Assembly: GCA_001600815.1 (NCBI GenBank)
Contig: BCKZ01000020.1
Location: 398,831-462,830 of the forward strand
DNA: 64,000 bases
Origin: Alloascoidea hylecoeti
Taxonomy: Eukaryota
Direction of reading: 5' to 3'
In this document: positions 23,276 through 36,634 of the stretch, in pieces
How the letters are laid out: each line of letters starts with the position of its first letter
Numbering within the stretch: position 1 is the first letter of the stretch
Notes under the pieces: generated by a model
What the model was told of the DNA's origin: nothing
What the model saw: only the letters and a program-made list of their open reading frames with translations
The model's database searches: none
Made by a program: the position numbers and the translations under genes

Positions 23276-24014
23276 ATAGATATCTAGATCTACTGTAAGT
23301 ATTGATAGATTTTCAATAAGGACATGATCTAGAGATCTAGAGTTAATCGTTACCGTTAGATTTACACATTAATTTACAGATATTATATTCATATTCATAC
23401 TCACTCATATCTCATAAATATATACAACAAGCTTAAGCTTATAATTTCATTGTTAGTAGATATATTTTAAAAGGGAGCTATTACAAGACTTGATCTAGCT
23501 GTAGAGCATTATGACTTTTTTTCAGTACACAGAATTGATGATAATAGCATGAACCCACCATTTAGAATAAAACTTTATAAATCCATTATTCCTTTATTAC
23601 CACAAGAATAGGTTGAAGCTTGAGTAGATAATAGGGGCCATTGTTTCACTGAAGTATATAACATGGGTAATTATCATACTGATTAAGCGTAATTTACATC
23701 ACAAATATGACACTAATAATAGGTATTTATATCGAACCCAACCCTCATAGTCGTAGATAGAAGAACTTAACGAACTGAGTGATACTTATCCAAAGGAAGA
23801 TATACCGACCATATTTTAGGTGGACGCAGACATTGGAAAAGGGTTGGAATTCACAGAAATAATTCCCATAGCTAAGACTAGTTCTACATGGTTTGACCCA
23901 AGATTCTGGCGTAATATATTAATCATCATTCAAATTCTACTAGATTCGTGGTATTTGGACTCCTTACTTTTCGGCCGAGCTTGTTAATTTATTTACGATT
24001 TATTACCAAATGTC

Positions 24015-27000
24015 ATGTTAGATTGCAATACCATTTCGTTATTTGACGACTTTTTAACACATTTGTTGATTGACAAGGTAATAAAGAAACTTAATCTTTC
24101 ATAAAATAGCAATAAATGATTAACTAACTTTTTTGATAGGTTTATTACTGGTCATTCACTCGGAAAGTTAACAAATTTAGGAATCTATCCTCACCAACTT
24201 CAAACCAAGTTATCAAATTATTAAAAAGATTCATTATTAATTGTAAAAAACCTAACTTCAAAAAATTTAATGAACATTTTTGCACATTCTCTGCTGTTCA
24301 GAAATTTGTTGAGCAAAATGTAATACCAAAAGAATCGGAAAAAGAATTTAACTTTCATATCAGAAGGTATGCTGAAATTTATCTTCCGGAAGCTGGGTTC
24401 GAAATCAATACAACTGATAGGTATATTAGTGACCTTGGGAGTGGTGTTATTGAAGCATCTGTCGTTGCTCGAAGGCCTTATAAAGAAGGCGAACAAATCA
24501 AATATTTGATTGGATGTCTCGTTCCAATGACAGAAAAGGATATAACCCTTCTTAAGAGCAGAGATTTTTCAATTGTAAACTCAACAAGAAAGAATCAAGA
24601 ACTGTTAATGCTTGGACCAAGTAGATTTGTTAATCATGACTGTAATGGGAATACACGCTATGTTGCAACTGGAGGAAGAATGACACTTGTGGCTTGTAGG
24701 ATAATTCTTGTAGGTGAAGAAATCACAGTATCTTATGGTGATAACTACTTTGGTATGGATAATAGAGAATGCTTATGTGCAACCTGTGAAAGAAATAATA
24801 GAGGAAGGTATGCTCCGGATCAATATTATCAAAATTTGGATGAGCAACGCAAGAAGAACAAATATGGCCATAATAATAATTATGATGATGATAGCGATGA
24901 GACTAAATTAAAGGAACCTGAATCAATTAAATATAGTCAGAATGGAAGCTTTTACCCAACACCTAGTGTAAGTTGCGAAGAAGTTGATGATATCCCCATG
25001 AACTTTCATCTTCTGGACCAAACAGATATTTCATCTGAAGGATGCACACCCTCATCAATGTCTTCAAGGGCAGGAACGCCATCAATATTGGACTCAGAAG
25101 GTCAAAAGAGAAGTTTAAGACCCCGAAAATTAAAATCTTTGAGAACTATGGGGAAAAATATACCACTTGAAAAGGTAAACAACACAATATGGTCTTTTAT
25201 AGGACCAATTCCAAAAAAGCTAAGTTCAGAAACAAATGATATGCTTATTAAACGTCGCTTTCGAATTTTAGATAGTTTTACAAACACTATTCTATATAAC
25301 TCCACAGACAAATCGAAGATTTATGAGTGTGATAACTGTGGAACATATTACTCATCAATCCATTTCAACCCACCTAATCCTAAAACTGTAATGAAATATT
25401 GTCCCCGGTGTTATAGGCACGCAAATGTATATGATAGATGGTGGCCTTTAACAGTAACAAGAAAAGGAATACGGGTAGGTTCAAACACCAACGAAATATT
25501 GTCTTTAAACCAACCACAGCCAGTGAAGGCAGACTTTGTATTTATGAAAAGGCCCACTGTTCTCGAAATTGAAATAGAAAGAGAAAGAGTGAGATACACC
25601 GAAGAAATTGTTCAAAAAGAGAAATCGAAAGGTAAAAAGATAACGAAATTTGGAAAACGGAAGAATAACACATTTGATGGTCTTAGCGGAAAAGATATTG
25701 ATGATTTACCTGAAGTATCTGAAGTATCTGAAGTATCTGATAGTGAGAGTGAACCTGTTGAAACCCAAGAATTAGCGTTTGACATGCCTGAATTTCAATT
25801 TAACTTATTAGATTCATCAACTGAATCATCATCATCATCATCATCGGATGAGGAGAAGGAGGTGGAAGAGGAAGAGGAAGAGGAAGAGGAAGAGGAAGAG
25901 GAAGAGGAAGAGGAAGAGGAAGAGGAAGAGGAAGAGGAAGAGGAAGAGGAAGAGGAAGNNNNNNNNNNNNNNNNNNNNNNNNNNNNNNNNNNNNNNNNNN
26001 NNNNNNNNNNNNNNNNNNNNNNNNNNNNNNNNNNNNNNNNNNNNNNNNNNNNNNNNNNGAAGAGGAAGAGGAAGAGGAAGAGGAAGAGGAAGAGGAAGAG
26101 GAAGAGGAAGAGGAAGAGGAAGAGGAAGAGGAAGAGGAAGAGGAAGAGGAAGAAGAAGAAGAAGAAAAAGAAGAAGAAGAAGAAAAAGAAGAAGAAGAAG
26201 AAAAAGAAGAAGAAGATTCACCTTTTCTATCAACTAATAATTCTCCCATTCAACCCCCGGTACATTTACCTATTCGTTTCGGAAGTATTCCTAAGAAACC
26301 GCCTAAGCTACAATACCATTTTTTAAGTCATGAAATAATAACTGGAATAGAAGATAGCACCCAACCTGAGGATGGAAATGAAATTGTTCCCATCTCTTTA
26401 TTAGATAGGACAATGCCATACTTCACAGTCACTGAATTTTCAGATACTCCATCACAAAAAGATGATAGCATTTCAACAGCAAAAACAATAAATACCAGTC
26501 CCAACCATCAAAATGGAACTAATATCTTCTCCACATTATATTCATCAGCACCCAATAAGAGAAAATTTAAAAATCCAAAACTCTATAATCCGAATAAACG
26601 AAATCATCCCGCTTCATATCATCATAATTCATCGAGAGCTGTTGTAAAAGATTCCTATTCATTTGCAGGTTTACCACCAAGACCCATCCCCCCTATGACA
26701 TCTTCATTTAAGGATCCGAAATCTATCAAAGCGATTATCGATTACGATTATGTAACAAAAAATGACTCTACAAAGAAATATGGGGATATAAGTAATATTA
26801 AAAATACCTCCATGGAAATAGAAAGAAGATCACCCACTAACGTTTTACAAACGCCATTTTATTCAAACCAAAATCAGGGACTTTCAGTAAATAAACAAAA
26901 AAATGACTCCCCTTTTTATCTTTTGAATTATTACTCAAAACATCAAAATATTGTACATAAACCTTCTATAGTTGAACAGTTACCTAAAGGCGGAACATTA

Positions 27001-27693
27001 TCAAGTGTATATTATGGTAACTCATTTAGCCGAAGAAAAAAGCCTGCATTAATAAACTCAAGAAATTCACGGCAAATTAAAACTGAGAATGGGAAGGTTG
27101 AAGAAGAGAAGAATAGACAAAATGATCGAGAAGCAAAGGATACAAATAGAATGGACTCAACCAAGTCTCCATCATGTGAGTATGGTTCTAAAATGCAAAT
27201 AGTTAGGTCTATTACAGAACAGTTCGTGTTAAATCAATTGGCAAACAATCATCAAAATGTCAAAGTAGAAAACTCCCCGGTAAATAGAAAAAAGGAATTG
27301 GATATAACCAACTTCAAAATAGATGATCAAATTCATAAAGATGTGTATAATGAGGATTCAAACGAGGTATTCCAGAAAGAGGAAACAGGTATAAGATTTT
27401 CTGATCATAATGAAAGCATGAAATCAAACTTTGATAATCGGTTTTGGTCCAATGGCATACAGATCACAGAGAAGTCAATTAGATCTAGTATGTATGAACC
27501 GCAACTTTCCTCATCAATAGTTGTATTGGAATCTGATAGTGAAGAAAATGATGTGATATACAATGGAACTTATCAATTGAAAAGAAAAAATAGATTTGGT
27601 AAAAGCTTACTCACTACGGTAAAAAGTCCACAAATGAACTTCCAAACTCATACCAAAGGGAAAACATCTGATGCGGCCATCGTAATAGACTAG
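24015..27693 (+). CDS. SET9: Histone H4K20 methyltransferase Set9 (Suv4-20/KMT5); exons 24015-24077 and 24140-27693, spanning an assembly gap
   Basis: N-terminus DDFLTHLLIDK|VYYW; SET motifs DFSIVNSTRK, LMLGPSRFVNHDC, EITVSYGDNYFG, ECLCATCE; CPRCYRH. The poly-Glu frame after the N gap reads straight into ORF 26413-27693. Confidence 0.88.
25865..26213 (+). repeat. (GAAGAG)n / (GAA)n microsatellite encoding poly-Glu, broken by a 100-N gap at 25959-26058
   Basis: Directly visible on both sides of the N run. Confidence 0.97.
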
Positions 27694-28220
27694 TATTTTG
27701 TTGATAATTAATGACATATATAAACAGTTATTAAAGACAATCGCATCAGACTTATTAATACATGTAGCCCATTAGAGTTCTGTCTTCTGAAAGTAACTAA
27801 GAAAAACAGATGCAATATGTTTCATATTTGAACTCTAGTGGTAGATGAGGTTTACATTATAAGGGAGAGTTTGTTAAGTTTGGTAATAAAGTTGGGGTGA
27901 GTATTCCCAATTAAAGGGACTAAGAGTATAATTCTAAGCGCGATTGTGACAGAATTTGAAGGTATGAACACTTAATCATAATCATAAGTTTACTAACTAA
28001 TAAAGTCAAATATTCATAAATCGGAGATTCAGCTCCTCTAATTTAATATTAATATTCATATGATTAATATATGAATATAACAATAACTGATATCTATATA
28101 GATATAAGGCATTAGTTATGGTTCAATTGCAATGAGTGGATGGCATGCAACAACTGTATTAAAAATCAAATGAAATCTTTTTATTTAAGGAGGGATTTTT
28201 GGTATATCTTATCATGAAAA

Positions 28221-29387
28221 TTACATCTTGTCTGATTCAGGCTTCCAAGATCCCTCAAAAACATGTTTAACATATGCCATAGGATCAGTGTCATGTTTGG
28301 CCCCCATTTGACCAACACCAGGACTAAATGAAGTAATTGGCAATACCATAACATCAGAATAAATCAAGGGATGGTCCATGCCTGTAAATGTTCTCCAGTC
28401 TACCACTTTAGGGACATTTTTAGCTCCCAATGAAATTTTGAAGTCGTTTAAATAATCAAATACTGTATCAGACCATATACCAGGTCCAGTCCAGTCCATT
28501 ATTTCACTACCTTGTTCCTTTGTTTTAGATAGTTGTAATTTCCCCTCAACTTTTTTCGTGAGTGTAATATTTGTGATTTTGGCAATTAATTCGCGTAGTA
28601 ATGGATGTCCAGGTTTTGCCTGTATTGTCCATTGGCAAAATTGTATACGTCTCGCATACCAATCATTCCAATCAGGTCGGTCTGGATCAGCCTCAATGCC
28701 AATCACCAACCCAATTGGTGGCATTTCATGTTTCCTACCAGTTTTGGGAGTACTGACATAGTCTCGGGCAGCTCTCACTTCAACCTCGTGAGAGTACCAG
28801 TCGTCCACAGGTTGTATCGAATATGTGTCTATATCTGAGTATACTCCTCCCCTCGCATAAGTTATTAGATAACGGAAGAAATCTGCTTTTAAAATGGCCT
28901 TTGGCATGGAGTTGTATGCTTCCACGACAGAGGGAATCTGCTTATAAGTCTGTTCTATGAAATATTGGGCAGTATCATCACTTAAGACCGTATGAGCATA
29001 TTCTGGATTTCTTTCGTCCCAGATGCTTTGAAATTCATAGAAATGAGATGGGAATGACTTGTCTTCCAAATTAACCTTCCAAGTTTGCCAAATGAGCTTT
29101 GGGAACATAGCATGAACATCATATGGAAACTGGAAGGCCAATTGTTCTCGTGTTGTGGCATCATCTGGCAATCTATCCAGATATTTTAGTCTTGCCCTGA
29201 TAGATTCCTCAGTCTCAATATTATCTCTCAACTCGTCTGACTTTGTTGCTGGCTTAGAATTTGTCGAAAGGCCATTGTACCACAGTAATAACATAAAAAA
29301 GGCCACAATAACAGCGTAAAGTCTTTTGCCCAACCTTCCATGCCGCACGAAACGTAGAATCCTCAGTTTGGTGGTGGTATATGACAT
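28221..29387 (-). CDS. OCH1: Initiating alpha-1,6-mannosyltransferase (GT32)
   Basis: Type II TM anchor; IWQTWK; LKADFFRYLITYARGGVYSDIDT (DxD); GIEADPDRPDWNDWYARRIQFCQWTI; VLPITSFSPGV; HVFEGSWK. Confidence 0.93.
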   Translation of the reverse strand: MSYTTTKLRILRFVRHGRLGKRLYAVIVAFFMLLLWYNGLSTNSKPATKSDELRDNIETEESIRARLKYLDRLPDDATTREQLAFQFPYDVHAMFPKLIWQTWKVNLEDKSFPSHFYEFQSIWDERNPEYAHTVLSDDTAQYFIEQTYKQIPSVVEAYNSMPKAILKADFFRYLITYARGGVYSDIDTYSIQPVDDWYSHEVEVRAARDYVSTPKTGRKHEMPPIGLVIGIEADPDRPDWNDWYARRIQFCQWTIQAKPGHPLLRELIAKITNITLTKKVEGKLQLSKTKEQGSEIMDWTGPGIWSDTVFDYLNDFKISLGAKNVPKVVDWRTFTGMDHPLIYSDVMVLPITSFSPGVGQMGAKHDTDPMAYVKHVFEGSWKPESDKM

Positions 29388-29499
29388 TTATATGTGTGTT
29401 CACTGTGTTGGCTTCCGTTGAGTTCAAAGAAGGTTTGGAGTAGATCAGCTCTAAAGTTTCTTTCATCAACCCTTCACCTCCTAATACAAAATCTCACCA

Positions 29500-31956
29500 A
29501 TGAGTATATATCTCCCAAACCCATGTCTTCTGGGAATATTATTTATTGTTTCGTCTCATAATGGACCTCAGTCTGTATTTCATTATCCCCTTGATGCCAA
29601 TAATTATGGGTTCCAGGCTACTCCGTTATCCAAACAAGGGAACGAAGATGACATTTTCGGGTCCTCAGATGATATAGCAAACGACGACGATGAAGATGCA
29701 GATGCAGATATCCTGGATTTTGAAAGATTATCATCCAGCTCAGATAGTGATTCAAGTAGTGATTTGTCCGATAGTGATGGTCCCGATAGCAGCAACTTAA
29801 TGAGGGGATCCAGATCTCAGAAGAAGCGACATCGTAGAGGGAAAGGTCATTTAAACTCGGGAAAAGGCTACCTGAGTGGTAAAACGTTACTAGATATTTT
29901 GGATGAAAGAGATCAAAGAAGAATCAGAAAAGAGAAGAAGCGACAACATTTATTGAAGCACATGTATAATAACCTCACAGACACCCTATCCAGCCCCAAC
30001 GGATTACAACCCCATTCTCCTCAATTGAGTGCTATTTCACAGGATAAGGATAAAGATAAAGATCGAGATTCCATTTCGACAATAAGGGATCAAAGGGCTT
30101 CGACTAAAGCATCATCTGTTAACAATACATCAAATGGAAAACAATCATGGAGAAGAGCATTTGGTTTTGATCAAGAATACTTGGCAGAATTATTATCACC
30201 TTCGAAATATTTGTGTAATGGAAGATTTGAATTAACTATAGATGGAATGTCATTCATTGGATACCCTATCCATAAGATAAATGATAGCGAATGGAAAATA
30301 AGAAAACGAAACAAAAACCCTAAATCGAATAAAACAAAAAGTTCAAGAAATGCTACTGCTGATACAAATAAAAAGTCTGGAGAAGATGTGGATAATAATA
30401 TTTCAGAAGCTTTGGAAAATCTTTATTTTACTGAGTATGATGACAATCCCAATAACAATATTGAAGAGGAAAATCTTAAAGATGAGAATTCAGACCAAGC
30501 TGGCTCAAATGATAACTCAATGACAATGTTTCATATTGTATTTGTTATGAATCCACCTTTAGTTGAATATAATTTTAGAGTAGATGAAATGTATCATTAT
30601 ATAACTTCACGGTTATCACTGCTCCTGCGACATGAGCAAGCCAAATCAAACTACGTATGGACTGAAGCTGATAAGATTTTAAAACTGAGGGAGAAAGCAG
30701 CATTAGACAATATAAGTGGAGACGAATTATGGAGACAGATTCTTACAGATTCTTCCTTGGCCCAAGCAATAAGTCATTTATATTCTGCTATATCAAGCTC
30801 TTCAATTGCAAACATTATTATAAATAACCAATTAAGATCATTTCAGATCCCAATAAGGAATGAATTTGATTTTTTGCCTTCTACCACAACACCTTATATT
30901 CCGGGGTCATTTCTATCATTTACAGCTCCAATTAACAATGGAGAGCCCAGCGAAACTGATGATACTATGATGGCACATTATGCTTTGCTTCTTTTAGATG
31001 ATCCAGAGAATATTATAACAGATATAGAGACAGAAAAAGATGGACTTTTAGCCAATTTTATTAGAAGCATAAAACCAACAGAGGCTTTATCGAAATTATC
31101 TCAAAAGTCAAGCTTAGATCTCTTACAAATTGAATCCTTTTCTTATCATTTAATATATTGGAGACGAGCAAGAGCAATACTTCCTGTTCAAACACGAAAC
31201 TCTTATATTGTCAGTCCAATGGCACCTTTAGCTAGTCTTGCTGATCATGCACCACGCTTCAAGAACCTATTCCCATCAATTCCATCCCTTCCTACTTTCT
31301 TGTCCTTATTATCAATTTCTAAACCTCGTGCTTTTGCATCTTTGATACCCAGTAGAGATCATAAGTATATATATTTGGAAGCATTGACTTGGCTATTACA
31401 ACATGGATATGTGACTCAATTATTAACATTTATACATTTGAAAGTTCCCAAAACTATCAAAATTTTAGTTGAGGAGGATATTGAACGAGAATTATTACAG
31501 AAATCTAAAAATGGTATCAAGAAACGAACAAATATTGATTCGAGTACAGATAACTCAACCAAGATTGAATCAAACGCAACTTCTAAAACTGCAAATGTCA
31601 CTAATACTACCGATTTATCTAACAATACTACATCAAGAAGTATCAACAATATTTCTAGAAGCCCGTCAGAAAAGAAAACCAACATAAATATAAACCTATA
31701 TCCACCAAGCGTTTATGAAGATGATACTATATTGTTGGAGCCAGATAGAGCGACAGCCATGGAAAGAAGATGGATTGCTAAGTTAATGGAAGGAAAATCA
31801 CCTGAATTAGCGAAACTATTGGGAAAGTTATTAAAATACATGAATGGTAAATATGCTTTAGAAGTAGTGATGGTTAAAGAAAATATTTCTCGACAAGAGG
31901 TGAGAAAATTATTAATAGAAGTTGGGGAATATATTATTTATGTAAGACATTGGTAG
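29500..31956 (+). CDS. NPR3: Nitrogen permease regulator 3 (SEACIT/GATOR1 subunit)
   Basis: LPNPCLLGI..GPQSVFHYP, RFELTIDG, MFHIVFVMNPP, HEQAKSNYVW, HLIYWRRAR, C-terminal VRHW. Confidence 0.93.
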   Translation: MSIYLPNPCLLGILFIVSSHNGPQSVFHYPLDANNYGFQATPLSKQGNEDDIFGSSDDIANDDDEDADADILDFERLSSSSDSDSSSDLSDSDGPDSSNLMRGSRSQKKRHRRGKGHLNSGKGYLSGKTLLDILDERDQRRIRKEKKRQHLLKHMYNNLTDTLSSPNGLQPHSPQLSAISQDKDKDKDRDSISTIRDQRASTKASSVNNTSNGKQSWRRAFGFDQEYLAELLSPSKYLCNGRFELTIDGMSFIGYPIHKINDSEWKIRKRNKNPKSNKTKSSRNATADTNKKSGEDVDNNISEALENLYFTEYDDNPNNNIEEENLKDENSDQAGSNDNSMTMFHIVFVMNPPLVEYNFRVDEMYHYITSRLSLLLRHEQAKSNYVWTEADKILKLREKAALDNISGDELWRQILTDSSLAQAISHLYSAISSSSIANIIINNQLRSFQIPIRNEFDFLPSTTTPYIPGSFLSFTAPINNGEPSETDDTMMAHYALLLLDDPENIITDIETEKDGLLANFIRSIKPTEALSKLSQKSSLDLLQIESFSYHLIYWRRARAILPVQTRNSYIVSPMAPLASLADHAPRFKNLFPSIPSLPTFLSLLSISKPRAFASLIPSRDHKYIYLEALTWLLQHGYVTQLLTFIHLKVPKTIKILVEEDIERELLQKSKNGIKKRTNIDSSTDNSTKIESNATSKTANVTNTTDLSNNTTSRSINNISRSPSEKKTNININLYPPSVYEDDTILLEPDRATAMERRWIAKLMEGKSPELAKLLGKLLKYMNGKYALEVVMVKENISRQEVRKLLIEVGEYIIYVRHW

Positions 31957-32860
31957 CTTTATAGAATATGTACTGTATAAATCTGATACTGAAGATAATG
32001 ATTGTAAAACTAATAATTATATGTGAGAACTCTTGGTAACTTTAATAGTCATACTATTAAAAGATAGTTTAGAATGCATTTTATTTTTCTTCAAATTTGG
32101 TAGAGATACAGGGAAAATTTCTTTTATATATAATTGATTTTTACCTTTATACCATTAAGTTTCACATCATATTCACTATTTAATATATTAAGAAAATCAT
32201 CAAACTCAGATCTGAACGGCTATATTCTAAGGCCTTATAAGCTTGGAAAATTCTATCAAGATCTTCGAGGGCCAGATCTGCTGGACTCTTTTCTAGAAAT
32301 CTTGTTTTTTTTTTTTTAAATTTTTTTTTTAAATTTTTTTTTTTCGTGGTGATATATATATTTTTTTTTCAAGTGGCCATTAAGGCTCTGTATTAAACTG
32401 CTTTTTCTATAAATACTATATTCATAACAACCAAAAAATTGTGAAAATAAAAAGACTTATTACTAGGCAAAAATACCTCTTACTAATGTTAGAGGTTCAC
32501 TCTTTTTTGAGTAATGTTGTTACTTTTTATAGTATTATTGTCACCGTTTCCAACTTCTTACTCAATTAATACGAGTAAAGGATGTCATATGTATACATCT
32601 TTCCTATTTTTCTTTTTTTTGTCCATAGCACCTAAGTGATTCAGAACAAAGCTTTGTGGAGTCTCTCTCTTTCAATCATTTTACTCCATTGAGATGCTGA
32701 TAAACTATTCTCCTGTTGATAGTATCTTCTGTGATATTTTCTAACCAAAAAAACGGTTACCGCTCTTAATATTAATTCTTTTCTTTCCTTATGATTAAAT
32801 TCAAAGAAAGATTTCACTTCAATTTCTTTTTCTTTTAATTAAAAAAGATACTAAAAATAA

Positions 32861-32932
32861 TGCCACCTAGCGGAATTGAACCGCCGACCTTTGCATTACA
32901 AGTGCAACGCTCTACCACTAAGCTAAGGAGGC
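32861..32932 (-). tRNA. tRNA-Thr (anticodon UGU), intronless
   Basis: Reverse complement GCCTCCTTAGCTTAGTGGTAGAGCGTTGCACTTGTAATGCAAAGGTCGGCGGTTCAATTCCGCTAGGTGGCA: cloverleaf, A and B boxes, followed by a T-run terminator. Confidence 0.97.
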
Positions 32933-34379
32933 TCTAAGATGTTGCTATTCTGAAACAAACCCTATTCCAGGAGCTGATCCTTATCTTATATAGTCGACAT
33001 ATTACGTTTTTATTTCACTATATATAGTAGAGATTTCCTCAGAATTTACATAGTTTCTAGTTATATAATTTAATTGGAAAATATATGAAAAGTTAAAAAA
33101 AAATACATCTATTTGAAGATTGCTCAACCATAAGAATACTAAAGAAGTTGATGTTAGGAAGCGATAGAATTGGGATCAAATTATTGATATCCAAAAGATA
33201 ACCATATAGAAAAAAATGGGGCTTTTATCAAAAAGGCACTAGAGCTAAAAAAAAAAAGCAAATCTATACATAATACATATTTTTGTTCCTTGTAATATAT
33301 CCAACACATATTTATATAATTAAATGAGAAGTCGTTATTAATTTCTAAGGAAAAAACTAAGGTACACGGAAGGCATTCTGTTTAAAGTTCTTTATATCAG
33401 TATCTCCTTTACCCAACCTAGGTTTACTTACATTATCGTAAGTATAACTATTAACTATTTGATTCTACGCTTGCATACCGTGCCAATTATTATTCAGTTT
33501 TATTGTTAATTGGAATCAATTGTTGGTATCAAAATGTCTGTATATTATATTAAAATCAACCGTTTGCTGTTTATCCTGGCCCTTCTGTTTAATTTGATCT
33601 TCATGCTCTTGAGTCTTGAGTAATTAAAATAATTACAGAATGAAAATAAATTAAAATTGAAGATGGTATAGAAATGTATCCATTACATCAAAATAATCAG
33701 GATTTTGCAACAATTTCTTCTATTAATATCATATTGCTAGCTATGTCAATGAACTACTAACATGGATCAAATAAAAATTGTTATTCGTTCAACCACTCGC
33801 TCACAAATTCACAATAAAAATGCACGTCAAAGCCAGTCGTAAGCATATGCATGGTGTCATTAAACTTTATGATTATCATTCAAGTATGACACCACAGGTT
33901 TTAAATTTATTTACATGGAAACATATTCAGGTTTCATGTATAAGTTATTCAATAAAATACATTCGTTTCTCATTAAAAGAAAATACTCAAATTTATATAT
34001 AATTGAGCTAGATGATGAAATATAAAGATTTAGTGTTATAACGTACAGTGGCAGCATCAATATCAAAATTGGAGATGCATATGGTTTTTTTTCAAATATT
34101 AATTATGATAATTAAAATTTTCAATTATAAAAAATCGTACATACGACAAGGTAATGAAAATAATAAGGTCATGGTCCTAATTTAGCTTTCAGGTAGATTG
34201 AAATTTGATTAACTATATAAATAATCAAGCATTTTTTGTAGACTTTTGTGTTCTCCCTTTTTTTTTTCCTTCACTTCACTTCTGCCTGGCTTTAAAGCTC
34301 ACTCCCTTATATACAATTTAGTTATTTCCGCGCTCGTTAGGGATAATAACGATTCTATTTGTTTTTTTCAACATTCATT

Positions 34380-34826
34380 ATGAGACAATTCAAAACCATT
34401 CCACTCGCTTTAGTTGCACTCTTGACTCCTGCTTTGGCAGATCCCTCTGACGAAGAAGTCAGCTACACTACTATTCACAACGAAAAAACGCAAGTTGTTT
34501 TTCAGACTGTTTTCAGAGATGGTATAATCACTATAACCTCCAGTATTGGCTTTATTCCAACATCTACATCTTCATCGTTAGGCTCACCTTCTTCTGGTAT
34601 TAGTAATTTTGGATCTGGTAACTCGAGCTCTACTGCAGCATCGTCTGTTGTTAAATCATCATCTTCAGTAGTTATTTCATCTGTGTCATCATCTGCATCT
34701 GCATCGAAATCTAGTGCCTCGAGTTCTAACTCCACTAGTAACGCAGATGCCTCGTTTAATGGAAATTACTTAAAGCTTAGTTTAATGCTGACTAGTATTT
34801 CTACATTAGCTGCCATTATACTCTAA
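34380..34826 (+). CDS. Small secreted Ser/Thr-rich, probably GPI-anchored cell-wall protein (148 aa)
   Basis: ATG at 34380; signal peptide MRQFKTIPLALVALLTPALA; Ser-rich stalk; omega-like SNADA; hydrophobic C-terminus; TATAAATA near 34215. Confidence 0.8.
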   Translation: MRQFKTIPLALVALLTPALADPSDEEVSYTTIHNEKTQVVFQTVFRDGIITITSSIGFIPTSTSSSLGSPSSGISNFGSGNSSSTAASSVVKSSSSVVISSVSSSASASKSSASSSNSTSNADASFNGNYLKLSLMLTSISTLAAIIL

Positions 34827-35262
34827 CTGGGTTGAACTCATTAGGAGCAAATATTTTTCCATTGTTCTAGTTTTTATTGGATCTTATTGATTCTATTAAG
34901 CAGCTTGTTTTTTTTTTTTTTTTTTTGTTTCATTCATATGAAATACTCTTTCTTTATTTTGATGATCTTATGATGTTGTCTTGTTTGATATTTAATCTAA
35001 TAAACTAATATGTTATACTCTTGGAGGGTGGGATGGGAAGTTCCTTTTCATTATTTCGGATTGTCGGAGATAGTTCTTTTAAATTATTATGTTGTAGGGC
35101 GGCCTAAAGAATCGTAGCGATTGGCAATGCGTTTAAAATGTCTCGTAATTTTGCGCAATTTACAAGGTTGTAATACAACAGTAAAAATGTAATTATATTA
35201 ACGTTAATCAAACCAAGCCAGTTTGCATAGTTGATTAATAATCGTTTGATACTTCACGAAGT

Positions 35263-35305
35263 TCACAGTGTTCACCGTTCAGTGTTCACCGTTCAGTGTT
35301 CACAG
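35263..35305. repeat. Short tandem repeat of a 15-nt unit (CAGTGTTCACCGTT-type), about 2.7 copies
   Basis: cacagtgttcaccgttcagtgttcaccgttcagtgttcacag. Confidence 0.75.
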
Positions 35306-36634
35306 ATTGAAATATAAAATACATGTATGATTGCTCGAATCGATATATTATAGTGGCACGTCTATATTACTTCTTCATTTAATAACGCTATAATATACCG
35401 GTAAAGCTATAAATATTTCTCCTCTGTTTTTCATTCTAGATGGAAACCTCCTCAGATTTAAATTTTATATAGCTATAAAGTTTGATCTCAGATCTACGGT
35501 AGCTATAAACTTATACCCTTCTCATACATAAGGCCATGAACTTGAGAAATTTCAAATGTGAAAATAAAGTATTGACTTGTTGTTATGCATAAATTTGAGG
35601 GTGGGTATGTTGTGGGACCTTTCAGGGGCAGTTACTTTTTAGTTCCATTAACTATTGAATACAGGACGAATTACGCTGCAACCAACTGCACCTTAACTAT
35701 AGAACATCCGCTTAAAAATTAAATTTCAAAACTTTTTAAAATTTTATACTAAATTATGAGGATGGCAGCAGATATATTAAAACCCATATATATGATCGTT
35801 TTTACTCTTTTTTTTTCTGATTGTGAGAAACAACAACTCATTGACATAACCCTTTCAGAAGTGACTCCGTGCCATGATCACTAATCAACTCAGAGCAATA
35901 GCTTTTTTTAAGTCCTTATATTTCTACATATATTTCCTCTGGGTTCTTGTTGAGTTTTGTGCAACGAACATAGCTAGCTCTTTAAGAGTCCACTATTATC
36001 CAATGATCTTTAACGATCTCTTTTTAAAAAACGTGCTAATTTACCACCCTAACTAGCAGAAATTCTATTTCTGTAATCAGTATTCTCATAACTATGTAAT
36101 TATAGGAGAAGTCCAAATCTGTTTTAACCATGGATCATCCAAATATAGAAAAGCTACAGGGTGATCACATTGCAATACCGTTCTTTCTTTCAATCCATTC
36201 ATCACTATATGATGAATTTAATAGTTCCCAATAAATTCTTTTTCGAGTGAGATAAATGAGTATTATCTAGTATGATAGCTGATGGACTAATATAATATTG
36301 ATGATCGCGAAGTTGGTTTGCTAGATCGGATCCATAAACAAAATACCTTTAAATACGGCAGCTGTAACTCTCCGCTTATACATATCTTAATCATTGCTAT
36401 AAGTAATAATTATATTTCTTAAAGCTAAGCTTGAGTGTTATACACATATATATATTCTTTACACTTTGACGCTGCGCTTAAGCGACTGACACATGTTGGG
36501 ATTGTTTAAAATTTAATTTACTCGGCTTCGAACGCCCTATGTTAGTAACGAAATGGATTGTTTTTGTTTATGGTGTTACGAATTTTGTTCATTTGCGCCA
36601 ATACAGAGCTTCAAATTAAATTATAATAATATAG

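Noticed and set aside
23500..23880. Possible C/D snoRNA (TGATGA..CTGA) or thioredoxin-like fragment (LNELSDTYPKEDIPTIF*VDAD)
   Set aside because: No recognisable rRNA guide and no CxxC; such motifs are too short in AT-rich DNA
25800..26249. Poly-S, LP, FL, KR and RG ORFs
   Set aside because: Alternate frames of the (GAAGAG)n repeat and N gap inside SET9
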